Assembly: GCA_050084985.1 (NCBI GenBank)
Contig: JBITNC010000001.1
Span: 116,374,001 to 116,438,000 of the forward strand
Origin: Nageia nagi
Lineage: Eukaryota; Plantae; Pinophyta
Direction of reading: 5' to 3'
Length of the DNA: 64,000 nt
The position numbers and the translations under genes were made by a program. Of this stretch, positions 39,076-51,549 are shown in pieces (position 1 is the first letter of the stretch; the number at the start of each line of letters is the position of its first letter). The notes under the pieces were generated by a model that had not been told where the DNA came from, ran no database searches, and was given only the letters and a program-made list of their open reading frames with translations.

Positions 39076-40984
39076 TTATTACCAACCAATTATTGAACAA
39101 TAATTTTGTTTACTTTTTCCTCAAATTAGGTGTCTAGGAAAAAATTCTTATTTTCATAAAACAAAAATACAAAAAAAATTGCATAATTCAAAAATTCAAA
39201 AATAATGATTTTTCAAGATCACATATTTTTCATCACAAAATGAGTTTGGACCATTGGGTAACAAATCTCATCTTGGAGATGAGCATATATTCAAGATATT
39301 AACATGGAAGTCAATTTTTACAAACTTTTAAATATCATTCTCCAATTTGATTGCTAGCACTTACCCTTGATAGGAGATAAAACTCAATATTACTCTACTA
39401 TTGAATAATAAGTTTTGAAATTCCATTTTCAAAATCAAGTGCACATTATTTACATTGAAAGCTAGAATTTGGTTCTCATCAAGTATTAAAAGTGAAAATA
39501 ATCTTTAGTTTCATAAATGGACCATCATTTTGTGAAATTTACCTATCTTTTTACCTTTAATTGTTGCATTGAAATAGAAACATAACTAGGTACAACTAAG
39601 ATTTTTTCCATAGTCACCTCATATAGAATTTGTTCTTGATGTAACTTAGATATTTTTATGGCCACATTGAGATAAATTACTAATTGGGAGCAACCAAAAG
39701 GTTTAGCATAGTCACTTTATGTAGACTTCTGACTCACAGTAACTAAGAAGTTATTATTGTTTGCATCAATTTCATACTTTAATAGAAGAAACTAATTTTT
39801 TTCTCTAGTTACATCAAGTAGCCCACCTAACCCACATGACTTAGGCTATTGTGTAATCATGCCAACTAGAAAACCCATCCATACTAACCATATCCAACCA
39901 TCAACTTATGCTTTCACCATCTAATCTAGGGCTTCACTCTCCAGATTGTTGACACATGCCTCTTGAAGGGGTTTTCACCTATAAATATCCCATCCACTAT
40001 TCATTTTTCACCTATCTCTTTTGAAATCCTCCTTTATCACATTGAGTTTCTTATCAAGGTGAGAGAGACTTATTTTTCTTATTATTAGAGGCATTCTTCT
40101 TATTATGTTGAGTTTCATGTTTAGATATTATGATTAAGAGTATAATAATTATTGCAATGTGTTCTCTTTTGATATAAATGCAACCAAAACCTTCTTTCTT
40201 GTTGCTTCCATGTTGATTATTATGTATCGCCAACTAAAGAAAATATTTTTAGGTCTCTATGACTTAGCCTAATCAAGCTTGTTATTTCCTTAGTCACATG
40301 GATATTTCTATTTAGGTCAAAACAACTAAAGAAAAAGCTAGTCACATCTATCAGAGATTTAAACTTGACCTGACTATAAAAACATTTCATAATTAGCTCA
40401 AAACCATTTTTCCTTATTGTATGGTAATTGAAAAGAAAATGGAAGCTACTAAAGGGCTTTTACAAACTCGTAGTAGATTAGCATGTTGATATTATGCAAC
40501 TAAGGTATGTTAGGTTATCATAGTAAACTTAGATTCAAAATGGAAGTGAATAAGTAAAATATTTTGTCGCATAGACTTAGAATTAAAGTTGAAGCAACTA
40601 AAGAAAATGCTTAGTCACAGTCATGATGAAAATAACCTTGAATTAATTAAGTAAAATTATTAGTTGCATCAAATTAGACATTAAATTTAAAGAAACCTTG
40701 TAAAACTAAGTTTTCACATGCATATAAGATAGAACTTAGGCATGAATATAGAACTATGTTTAGTCACTCCAAGGTAGTTTTCTACCTGGATGTGATCAAT
40801 GGAAAAATACTTAAATTTGAGAAAATCAAATTTTTGATAAATTTATGATATCATTTTTTGTTGAAATTATGGCTAAGTTAAATTTTTGTTATTTTTTCAC
40901 AAGATGAATAATTCAAAAAAGAACAAATAAGGCTATAGTTTTTTTTGATGAAAATAGGCTTTTTATAGTTGAAGAAAATGGAAA

Positions 40985-43900
40985 GGTCAAATAAAGAGCC
41001 TATTATTTTGATAAGCTTGAGGATATTCAAGATTCTAAATAGAATCACACCAATCCTATTATTATGATGAAAGAGGTAGATCAACTTATTGAAGATTTCA
41101 GAGAAATAGATACACTCCATGCTTTGGGACTCTTCGAGGCTACAATTATTCCATTCTTCATCAATTTTCCTAAACTAGTTTTAGAAGTGGCTGAACATAC
41201 AAATTTTATACAAAGAGTAGTAAATGATGAAAATGAGCTATTATTGCTAATTTGACTAAAAAGGGAATTGAAAATGCAATAGGATGGTCAAACTAGGGTG
41301 TAATCTATACCTTAGAAGACACAAATAAAGAATTAGAGAAATACAGTGCCAAGCATAGAGCGAGTGATCTTGTGCAATATTGGTTAAAAATAGAGCACTA
41401 CATTTTAGCTCATTAAGCAATGATAAAAGTACAAATATGCTTGTTTCAAGATACTCAAAATAAAGCTATTAGTTTGCTATGTAGAGTTACAAGAAAATCT
41501 TTCGATATTCAATTTAAGAAAGATTTATTTAGTTTTATTTATGTAGTGAATCAAGAGAAGAATATTTGGTAGAGATAAGTTATTAGTGATGGTATAATCC
41601 ATAAATTGAGCAAATTCAAAACCTTGTTTTGTATATATTACCTTATTTTATTACTATTTAAAGGAAAAAATTAACCTCGAGCTCATGGTATTAAAGAGTT
41701 CATCTTTAAAAGAAAAGTAGCAATTTATATGGCCTATTCCAAATAGCATAAGGAAGAGGAGTGGAGTCATATTCATATGTGGACATATGAGTGGGAGCTT
41801 GCTATCATAAAGGAAATCAAAGGAGAAAATCATGTTCCTAAAATTTATCTAGAAGCTATAGAATTATTGAAGGGATGTGTATATTTTTATCTAAAAGAAT
41901 TTGATAATTCATATTTCAGATTCTACTATGCTGATGTAACCCTCTTAAACTTCCCTACTATATCAATGATAGAATGGTATTCTTAGAAGTTGTAAGATAG
42001 GCATATTATTTTATGAAATATTTTTCAAAGAAAAGAAAGAAGCACCTATAAAGATGCTTATAACTTGTAGTTACTATAGTTGTAATAATTAGTTGGAGGT
42101 CAAGAACATTAATTCTAAGATAGAGGGATATGGTTTTCAATGTCATGCATTAAAAATCCATTATGATCCTATGAGAGTAGTTGATAAATTTTTTCAAAAA
42201 TTCCATACTTCTAATAAACATTATTCTCTTGGCATAATTGAAAGGTACAAGAATATTCATTCAGAGATGGAAATTCAAAGATTCTCCAAACAAATTTCCT
42301 AGGAAGAAAGGGATAAGAAGAAGAAAGCTACTAAAGATAAAGAGTCATAAGAGTTTATCCCAAATGAGTGCAACTGAATAATCTAATATATAAGATTTTA
42401 CAAATGGGCCTAGTTTTGATCAATTCATCTCAATGAAAGAGGTAGATGTGTTGAAAATAATCAATACTCCTATCCATAGCATTCCAAATCCAAAAGTACC
42501 TAAAAAATAACCCATCAAGAAACCTAAGAATTGATTTGAGTCTAGTGAGAGTAGTCATACTTCTTCTCCTAATGAAAATACTTCTTATAGTGATAGGTAT
42601 TCAATAATTTAAAGTGTTTCAAATGATGATGAGTCAAGGCCTAGAAGTGATGGTGATAATGGATCAAGGAGCTATAGTGAGGAGGAGGAAGAAGACAATT
42701 ATGAAAGAACAAAATAAAGAACAAGGTGAGGAAGTCCCCATAGAACATCATGATATAGGACCATATATAAACACTCTTGAAGAATGGAATGATTTATTTG
42801 TCAATGTTATAGACTCTAAAGAGTAAGGGAACATAAGAAATAGTGTTGTCACTCCTTCTACTATTTCTTTTGGCTTAGAGTTACTAGTTATTCATCTTCA
42901 ACTCTAGAAGACTCTTAACCAAAAACACTCCTTCTACTATTGCTTTTGGCTGAGTTACTAGTTATTCATCTTCAACTCTAGAAGATTCTTAACTAAAAGT
43001 GAACCATTCAAAAATCCGAATTTGACAAGCAACAAAGGGATCATTTGATGTTGTAGATAGGCCATCCATGATATTTAAAAGTAATAAGGGGTCCACTCCA
43101 TAAAAGAGTTCTAGATCTCATAAGAACCCCTCCAAATAAACACCTAAAGCTTATAGAGGTGATGGTAATGGTGACGAGGATGATGAAAAGGAAAATGAAG
43201 AGAGAAGGAAGAGGATGAAGAAAGATGAACATGATGAATCCCAATATTTGAATAAGAAAATTGTTATCATAAAAAAGCAAGTTCATTAGATCATCTTAGT
43301 TCCAAAACTTTATTGAAAAATATGGATGTTGATGCATACTTGAAAAGGCTCGAAGAGGTTAGCAATGACAACAAGAGAGAGGAAAATGCAAAGGCCATAG
43401 AAGAGGTAGAATTAATTCCCAAAAAATTACAAAACATGATAGAATTTGGAGATGAGACATTATGGGTAAATAAACTTAATAACAATGTTTTGAATACAAG
43501 AGATAAGAGGTAGGTTAATGTTAGTACCATGGAATACAATATTGGACCTTTGGGGATTGAATTAAATGCATATATTATTGACCAAGGAACTAATAATTTG
43601 ATCAAGTTAGCCCAAGATAAGAAACCAAAGGTTAACAAGTTGAGAAAGGAAGTGAAGAAGACCTTCCAAGAGTTTGAAGAGCTAGGCACCAATAAAAAGA
43701 ATTTGAAAATAAAATACAAAAGAGGTTGTGAGTTCAATGAAAGGATTGAGGCATTGGTCAAGAAGGCTAACAAAAATTTATAAAAGGCCTAGCATGACCT
43801 CATATATCTTGAAAGCATTAATTTTAATTATTTAGAGTTGAACAAGATATAAATAAACATGTATACCAATGGGAAACTAAAGTGAAAAAAGTTACAAAAA

Positions 43901-44330
43901 TTGAATATGAAGAAATTAATGATGATTAGTTAATGAAATTTATAAGAATTTTGATTTCTTTATGATTGGTTGGTGAATACAAATCTCGAGTGCACTAATT
44001 TCAAAGAAGAATATTTCAAGATTTATAATGAAGTGTAGGATATCATTGCAACAATTGTAATTTTAACTCTAGATGAAGATGGTGAATGGAGAAGCGATGA
44101 TGACATCTAACAACAACTAGAAGAGATTCTAGAGAAAAGACTAAAATTGAAAGATATGGAAGATATAATTGTTGAATCTTAGGACCATTTTATTTTTGTA
44201 GAATGCTCAAGTAAACATGGATCATTAGAGAATAATAAATTAGATGAATTAGGAAATGATTTTCCAATATCATGGGTTGTTGGAAGGACAAGATAGAGCA
44301 CATAACTTTTCAAGTGGAGATATCAGTGTC
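40985..44330 (+). pseudogene. Large unknown extra ORF (globular domain, acidic/Ser linker, coiled coil), decayed
   Basis: Chain of plus-strand ORF fragments (41064, 41777, 42093, 43313, 43529) with purine-rich coding bias. A mirror copy lies at ~51545-54580. Confidence 0.65.
42851..43000. repeat. 76-bp tandem duplication, left arm only
   Basis: ACTCCTTCTACTATT...CTCTAGAAGA(C/T)TCTTAAC occurs at 42851 and 42927. The right arm has one copy (~52890-52965). Confidence 0.85.
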
Positions 44331-45410
44331 AACCTAGCTGATTAATAATGATTATTTATTATTATTGTCATTATCATAAATGGAATTAAGGGTACTATCA
44401 ATTTTTATTTCCTTTAATCTCCAAAGATAGAAAAATTTTTAGTTGTCAATATTCTAGGATTAATTTATTTTTTAGTTAGCCATTTTCATACTTAACAAAA
44501 TTTTGACACAATGTAATTAGGGCTTCAATTAGGATTTTTCAAGATGGTTATAGTTTCATCTAGAAGAAACTTCCTCCTATAATTACTTAACTATATGGAA
44601 GCCTCATTTTTAACTCTCTTTAGATTATAAAACTTGTAATTTAAGCTTCAAGCAATAATAAAAAAATTTCTTTTTGCATCTTACTTATGCATGTTTATTC
44701 TTTGGATGATTGTTTGAGTTGGAAATTGAGTTTTGAGAGAATTCAGTAATTCATTTTAAATAATTGAATTAAGATATCTTTTTATAAACTTAAAAATAAA
44801 ATAACATTTAGGTTGGTAAATAAAGTATGAATTATTATGAAAGCTATACATCATGAAACTTCTCTTAAGGAACTACGTATTCATATATTGGAAGTAAAAG
44901 GAACTAAGAGTAAAGTCACTTACATAGAACATATAACTCCCTACTTATGACTTGGATAATTTAGGAAATAATACCTCAATTGAGTTAGAAATATAAGTGT
45001 TTATTTACTTAATAAGAGCTATTGGAATAAACACTTAACTCAATAGAAAGAAAAGTTATGAGGAAATATCTCAAGTTTTTACACATCCAGAGAAAAGATA
45101 AAAACACAAAAACATCTATAGAATAAGTATGAAGTTACTTGTGTGAATCATATTTCCACTCCACTCATAACTCTGATAACTTAACCAAGAATACTTCATC
45201 TAAGTTACAAGCTTTAAGAGATTGATTACTTGACTAGAGCTAGTGAAGCAAGCACTTAATCCAAGTATTAAAAGAGTTGTAAGAAAAAGAACCTAAGTAT
45301 TTACACATTCATAAACACTAAGTTACCATTTCAAGGATCACCTTGTTAAAAGGAGGATCATAAATCCTTACTATTCCCTTTTTCTTTTTGGCAAGAAAAA
45401 GTGGGTAACA
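44327..45410 (+). repeat. Putative LTR (~1084 bp); mirror copy at 50432-51549
   Basis: TG...CA ends with short inverted termini, TATA-like CCTATAATTA (~44576), and an internal diverged ~225-bp duplication. Confidence 0.7.
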
Positions 45411-47615
45411 TGGCTATGAGGATGAACATGTGGCCTTTACTAGACAGAGGTTTGATCAATCCCATAAAATCAATGCCCTACTAAGAAAATAGGGCATTGA
45501 ATATGATTGGTTTCAAGGGAGAAGTTTTAAATTTTTCTCTACCTATAAACTTTTGATAATCTAAACAACTACAAATATACTCATTATAATATTTGAAAAA
45601 TAGTTTCTCAATAATACCCAACTTTAATTATTTTATATCTAGTAGTGCTTAGAGTAAAGTGTCCTCCATAGAATCCATTGTGAAATTCTTTAAGGAATTT
45701 AGGAATTTGATCATTTTCAATGCATATTAATAAAACACCATTAAAACTTTTCCAAAAAATAAAACCATCATGCAAACAATACTTCCCTAATTTTACTTTC
45801 AAAGCTCATTTTGCAGTGAATGATAGATGCTCTAGAACATGACCTATCTTTAGGTACTCTATGATATCATCAAATTGATTTCTGTTACTAGTTATGAAAA
45901 CCAATACCTACATTTATTGATATTCCTCTATGTATGAAATTTTAATAATGAGTTTACCCAATGCTTTTCCTCTAATCAATTTAATTAGCTTATATATTAG
46001 GTTATGTTCTTGTACCTTGTCTAGCCAAGATTTTTGAGCACTCCTAATTTTATCTATATTAAGATAGAATTTATAGCTAGATATGGCATCATCATTGTAA
46101 CTTGCTATCTGAAAATGTAGACTTTAGACTTTTTACTACTTTTACCACTACAAATTCTTTCTTTTCTAAAAAAGTATACCTTTCTTCTATACTCTTCAAA
46201 GCATGACTTATGAATACAATTAGGTGTTCCTCATTTTTATCATTAACTAGTTTTAGTATCGAAGAAACTATATGATTTGAAGCATAAGTATACATTTTTA
46301 ATGGTTTACTAAAATCAAGTTGTACCATGGTAGGGGTGCTCTCAAGGGCTTCTTTGATGTTATCAAATTCTTATTTTCCTTGGTTTTACCTTTTAAACTC
46401 TACATTCTACTTTAGCATTTTTCTCAAAGGAAAAATGATTTCTATGAAGACAAGAACAAATATTCTCAAGAATTTTACTTTTCTAAAGAATGATTGTAAT
46501 GATTTTCTCCTATTAGTAAAGGAATATTTCTAATATTGAGTACCCATTCTAGAGCAATACGAGTACCATATTTCAAAATATTATGCCATAATATTTTCCC
46601 TTCAATAACTCCAAAAACATATTTCTTTGAATTCAATGATATTCCAAATTCTTTGTATATTTCAAGTACTTGAATGACATGTTGAACATGATCATCTCTC
46701 CATTTTGAAAATACATTTATATCACATAAATATATAATGAATAGTTTATTAATCATATTCTTAAAGGCAAAATTTATTTCCCTTTGAAAAGTAACCCCTT
46801 TGTTTGTTAGCCCAAAAGGCATACATTTATAAGTGAAAGTACTGTAAGGAGTAGTAAATTCCATATTAAACCTATCTTCTTCTAAAACCCAATTCTAATT
46901 ATAGCTCAAAGAACCACCGAGCAAAGAAAACATCTCTGATCCATTAATCATATGTAAATTATGATCCATCATTGAAAATTGATCATTATCCTTAATAGAG
47001 GCTAAGTTTAAATTCTAAAAATCAATGCATCTTTTTATTCTATTTTAGCACTGGGAAAATATTGACCACCCAAGAAGAATTTATAATTTGGTAAATAATA
47101 TCATAAGCTGATATTTTTTCCACCTCTTTCTTGATCATCTCTTCAATATTTGAATTGAAAAATCTAGGCTTTTGTCTAAATGGTTTAGAGTTATCTCTTA
47201 GGGTAATAATATGTTGAAACATCTCTTCCAAACCCATTGAGATCATAATAATTCTAAGAGAAAATACTCTTAAATTTGTTAAATTCCTCCATCAATTATT
47301 CTCTTTAGTTTAGTGTATATCTAGTACCAATCAATACTTCTTGAGGTGACCCATTTGGATTCAAATTGAAAGTGATAATAGTTTTGGATATCTCTTTAAT
47401 TATGTTTTGATTACTTAAATGATCATTTTGATCATAGAGATTTTCTAATTCAACCATGCCATGAGGTATTCTATTTGAATCTAATTGTAAGATTTTATCT
47501 AATTCTACGAAACCCATTGAGTATTCCTTAATGCATTACAAGAATCACAAAAGTTATCTGTTAAAGTCAAAAACCTCCTAGTGTTCTATATTATCTAGTA
47601 TAATTAGTCTAAATA
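45411..47615 (-). pseudogene. TatII-like pol fragment (RT-RH-start of INT), left arm
   Basis: ORFs 47305-47517, 47040-47246, 46475-46864 (MPFGLTN, IYLCDI), 46092-46328 and 45608-45802 (EFHNGFYGGHF). Confidence 0.9.
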
Positions 47616-47637
47616 GCAATTCAATTCAGTAATACCT

Positions 47638-50431
47638 TATTTATACCAACTATAATAGATAATATAGAACACTAGTAGGTTTTTGAATCTGATAGGTAAC
47701 TTTTGCAATTCTTGCAATGCATCAAGGAATACTCAGTGGGTTTTGTAGAATTAGATAAAATCTAATAATTAGATTCAAATAGAATACCTTATGGCATGAT
47801 TGAATTAGAAAATCTATATGATAAAAATGATCATTTAATTCATCAAAACATAATTAAAGAGATATCCAAAACTATTATCACTTTTAATTTTAATCCAAAT
47901 GGGCCACCTCAAGAAGTATTGATTGGTACTAGATGTACAATAAATGAAAGAGAAGAATTGATGGAGGCATTTAGAAAATTTAAGAGCATTTTATCTTGGA
48001 ATTATTATGATATCAATAGGTTTGAAAGAGATATGTTTTAACATATTATTCACCCAAAAGATAACTCAAAACCTTTCAAACAAAAGCCTAGACATTTCAA
48101 TTCAAATATTGAAGAGATAATCAAGAAATAGGTGGAAAAAATATAAGCTTATGATATTATTTACCAAATTAGACATTCTTCTTGGATGATCAATATTTTC
48201 CTAGTGCTAAAATATAACAAAGATATCATGCATTGATTTTTAGAATTTAAACTTAGCCTCTATCAAGGATAATGATCAATTATCGATGATGGATTATATT
48301 TTGCATATGATTATTGGATCAAATATGTTCTCTTGTAATGCACCAAGGAATACTCAATATGTTTCATAGAATGAGATAAAATATTATAATTGGATTCAAA
48401 TATAATACATTCTAGCATGATTGAATTAGAAAATCTCTATGATCAAAATGATCATTTCAATCATCAAAACATAATCAAAGAGATATATAAAACTATTTCC
48501 ACTTCCAATTTGAATCCAAATGGACCACCTTAAGAAGTATTGATTGGTACTAAATATATACTAAATGAAAGAGAAGAATTGATAGAGGTGTTCAAAACAT
48601 TTAAGAGCATTTTCACTTAAAATTATTATGATCTCAAAGGGTTTAGAAGAGATATGTTTCAACATATTATTCTCCTAAAATATAACTTTAAACCTTTCAG
48701 ACAAAATCTTGGACATTTCAATTTGGAGATTGAAGGGATGATAAAAATAGAGGTGGAAAATATGTTGACTTATGAAATTATTTACCCAATTAGACATTCT
48801 TCTTAGGTGTTCAATATTGTCTTGGTCTGGAAAATTTTTTTAGAATTTAAACTTAACCTCTATCAAGGATAATTATTAATTATTGATGATGGATAATATT
48901 TTGTAGATAGTTAATGAATCAAAGATGTTCTCTTTGCTAAATGGTTATTTAGGCTATAATGAGATTTGGGTTTTAGAAGAAGATAGGTCTAAGATAACAT
49001 TTACTACTCCTTGAGGCACTTTTGCTTATAAATGTGTGCTTTTTGGGTTGATAAACATAAGGGATACTTTTCATTGGGAAATGACTTTTTTTTTAGAACC
49101 TAATTAATAAATTCATCATATATATTTGGATGATATGAATGTATTTCAAAATTGAGATAAGATCATGTTCAACATGTCATTCAAATACTTGAAATATGTA
49201 AAGAATTTGGAATATCATTGAATCCGAAGAAATCTATTTTCAAAGTTACTAAAGGAAAATTGTTGGGGCACATTGTTTTGAAAGAAGGTACTTATATTGA
49301 TCTAGAATCGGTACTCGCTATTAAAAAATTTCTTTATCAACAAGTAAAAAATCATTACAATCATTTTTCAAAAAAGTAAACACTTTGAGAATATTTTTTC
49401 CTAACTTTGTAAAAATTATTTTACTTTTGAGCAAATTGCTAAAGCAAAATGTAGAGTTCAAATGGTCAAACAAAAGAAAAAAAATTGAGAATATCAAAGA
49501 AGCCCTCGTGAGCACCCTTAACATGGTACAACTTGATTTTAATAAACTATTAAAAATGTATACTTATGATTCAAATCATATATTTTCTTCAATGTTGATA
49601 CAAGTTAATGATAAAAATGAGGAACACCCAATTGCATTCATGATTCATGCTTTAAAGAGTGCAAAAGAAAGTATACTTTTTTTGAAAAAGCAAATATTTA
49701 CAATGTTCAAAGTAGTAAAGAATTTTAAAGTCTACATATTCAAAAAAGTTACAATGATGATACCATATCTATCTATAAGTCTATCCTAACACACATAGAA
49801 TTGGGAGTGCTCATAGGATCTTAGATAGCCAAGGTATAAGAACTCAACTTGGTCTTTAAGCTAGTTAAATTGGTCAGAAGAAAAGGGTTATGTGAATGCA
49901 TTACAAATATTTCACCCATAGAGAAAGATCAAAAAACATAGGTATTGGTTGTCATAACCAGTGAGAGAAATTAGTTCGATTATATCATAAAGTACTTGAA
50001 GATAGGTCATATACAAGAGCATTCATCATTCAATGCAAAATGAGATTTGATCTTAAATCAAGGAAGTATTATTTGTGTGATGGTATAATTTTTTTGGAAA
50101 AATATTGATGGTGTTTTATTAATATGCATTGAAAATGATGAAATTCCTAAATTCCTTAAAAAATTTCATGATGGATTTTGTGAAGGAAACTTTGCTTCGA
50201 CCACTACTACATATAAAATAATTAGGGCTAGGTATTACTAGAAAACTATATTTCAAGATTGTAATGAGTATGTCTATAGTTATTTATATTATCAAAAGTT
50301 TACCAAGAGATAAATATCAAAAATGATCCCTTGAAACCAATCATATGTGATGCCCCATTTGCTAAGTGGGGCATTTATGGGATTGATCAAACCTCTATCT
50401 AGCAAAGGCCATATGTTCATCCTCATAGCCA
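47638..50431 (+). pseudogene. TatII-like pol fragment, right arm, with an internal ~620-bp direct duplication
   Basis: ORFs 47796-48041 and 49385-49789; IYLDDM at ~49120-49137. Segment 47710-48330 is repeated at 48331-48930. Confidence 0.9.
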
Positions 50432-51549
50432 TGTTAACCACTTTTTCTTACCAAAAAGAAAAAGGGAATAGGAAGGATTTATGATCCTCTTTTTAATGAT
50501 GTGATCCTTGAAGTGGTAACTTGGTGCTTATGGATGTGTAAATACTTAGGTTATTTTTCTTACAACTCTTTCAATACTAATATTATGTGCTTGCTTCACT
50601 AGCTCCATTCAAGTAAGCAATCACTTAAGATTTGTAACTTAGCTGAAGTATTCTTATTTAATTATCCAAGTTATGAATGGAGTAGAGATATTCTACACAC
50701 AAGTAAATTTACACTTATTATATGGATTTTTTTTGTATTTTTATCTTTTCTCTAGATGTGTAAAAACTTAGAGGTATTTTCTCACAACTTTCCTTGCTGT
50801 TAAGTTAAGTGTTTATTCCACTAGCTCCTATCAAGAAAATAAACACTTAGATTTGTAACTCAAGTGAAGTATTCTTGTTTGAATTATCCAAGTTACAAGT
50901 AAGTAGTGTTATGTTCTATGTAAGTGACTTTACACTTAGTTCCTTTTACTTTCAATGTATGAATACTTAGTTTCCTAAGAGAAGTTTCATGATATGTAGC
51001 TTTCATAATACTTCATACTTTATTTACAAAGTTAAATGCAATTTGATTTTTAAGTTTGATAAAATATATATTAATTCAAGTATTGAAAATGAATTATCAA
51101 ATTCTCTTGTAACTCAATTTCTAACTCAAATAAGCCTACAAAGAACAAACATGCATAAGTAAGATGTAAAAAGTAATTTTTTTATTATTACTTGAAGCTT
51201 CAATTACAACTATTAGAATCCAGAGAGAGTTACAAATGAGGCTTTCATACCTTTAAGTAATTATATGAGGAATTTATTTCTATAAGAAACTATAACCATC
51301 TTGAAAAACCCTAATTGAAATCCTAATTACATCATGTCAAAATTTGGTTAAGTTTGAAAATAGTTGACCAAAAAATAAATTATCTAGAACTTTAACAATT
51401 GAAATTTTTCTATATTTGGAGATTAAGGGGAACAAAAATTTCTAGCACCCTTAATTACATTTACAAAAATGAAAACAACAATAGATAAGCATTCTTAGTT
51501 GGTTGCTGGTGGAGGGGGAATGAAGACCATCATTTTAGCTACCTTGACA
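50432..51549 (-). repeat. Putative LTR, mirror copy
   Basis: TGTTAACC...CCTTGACA, the reverse complement of 44327-45410. Confidence 0.7.

Larger units (their letters stand above)
39078..45410 (+). mobile_element. 3' part of an unclassified LTR element (large extra ORF, PPT-like tract, 3' LTR) inserted into a TatII integrase
   Basis: LTR-like 44327-45410 has inverted termini TGTCAACC...GGGTAACA and is preceded by AAGTGGAGATATCAG. The host integrase reading stops exactly at 45411. The 5' boundary is uncertain. Confidence 0.65.

Noticed and set aside
43041-43773. Hydrophobic minus-strand ORFs (also 52344-52840 on plus) as membrane or env proteins
   Set aside because: They are antisense shadows of the Lys/Glu-rich ORF on the other strand.
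35500-45410. Tekay-like pol and the downstream extra ORF/LTR as one element
   Set aside because: I found no copy of the 44327-45410 LTR upstream of the Tekay gag, and the integrase breaks abruptly at ~39075.
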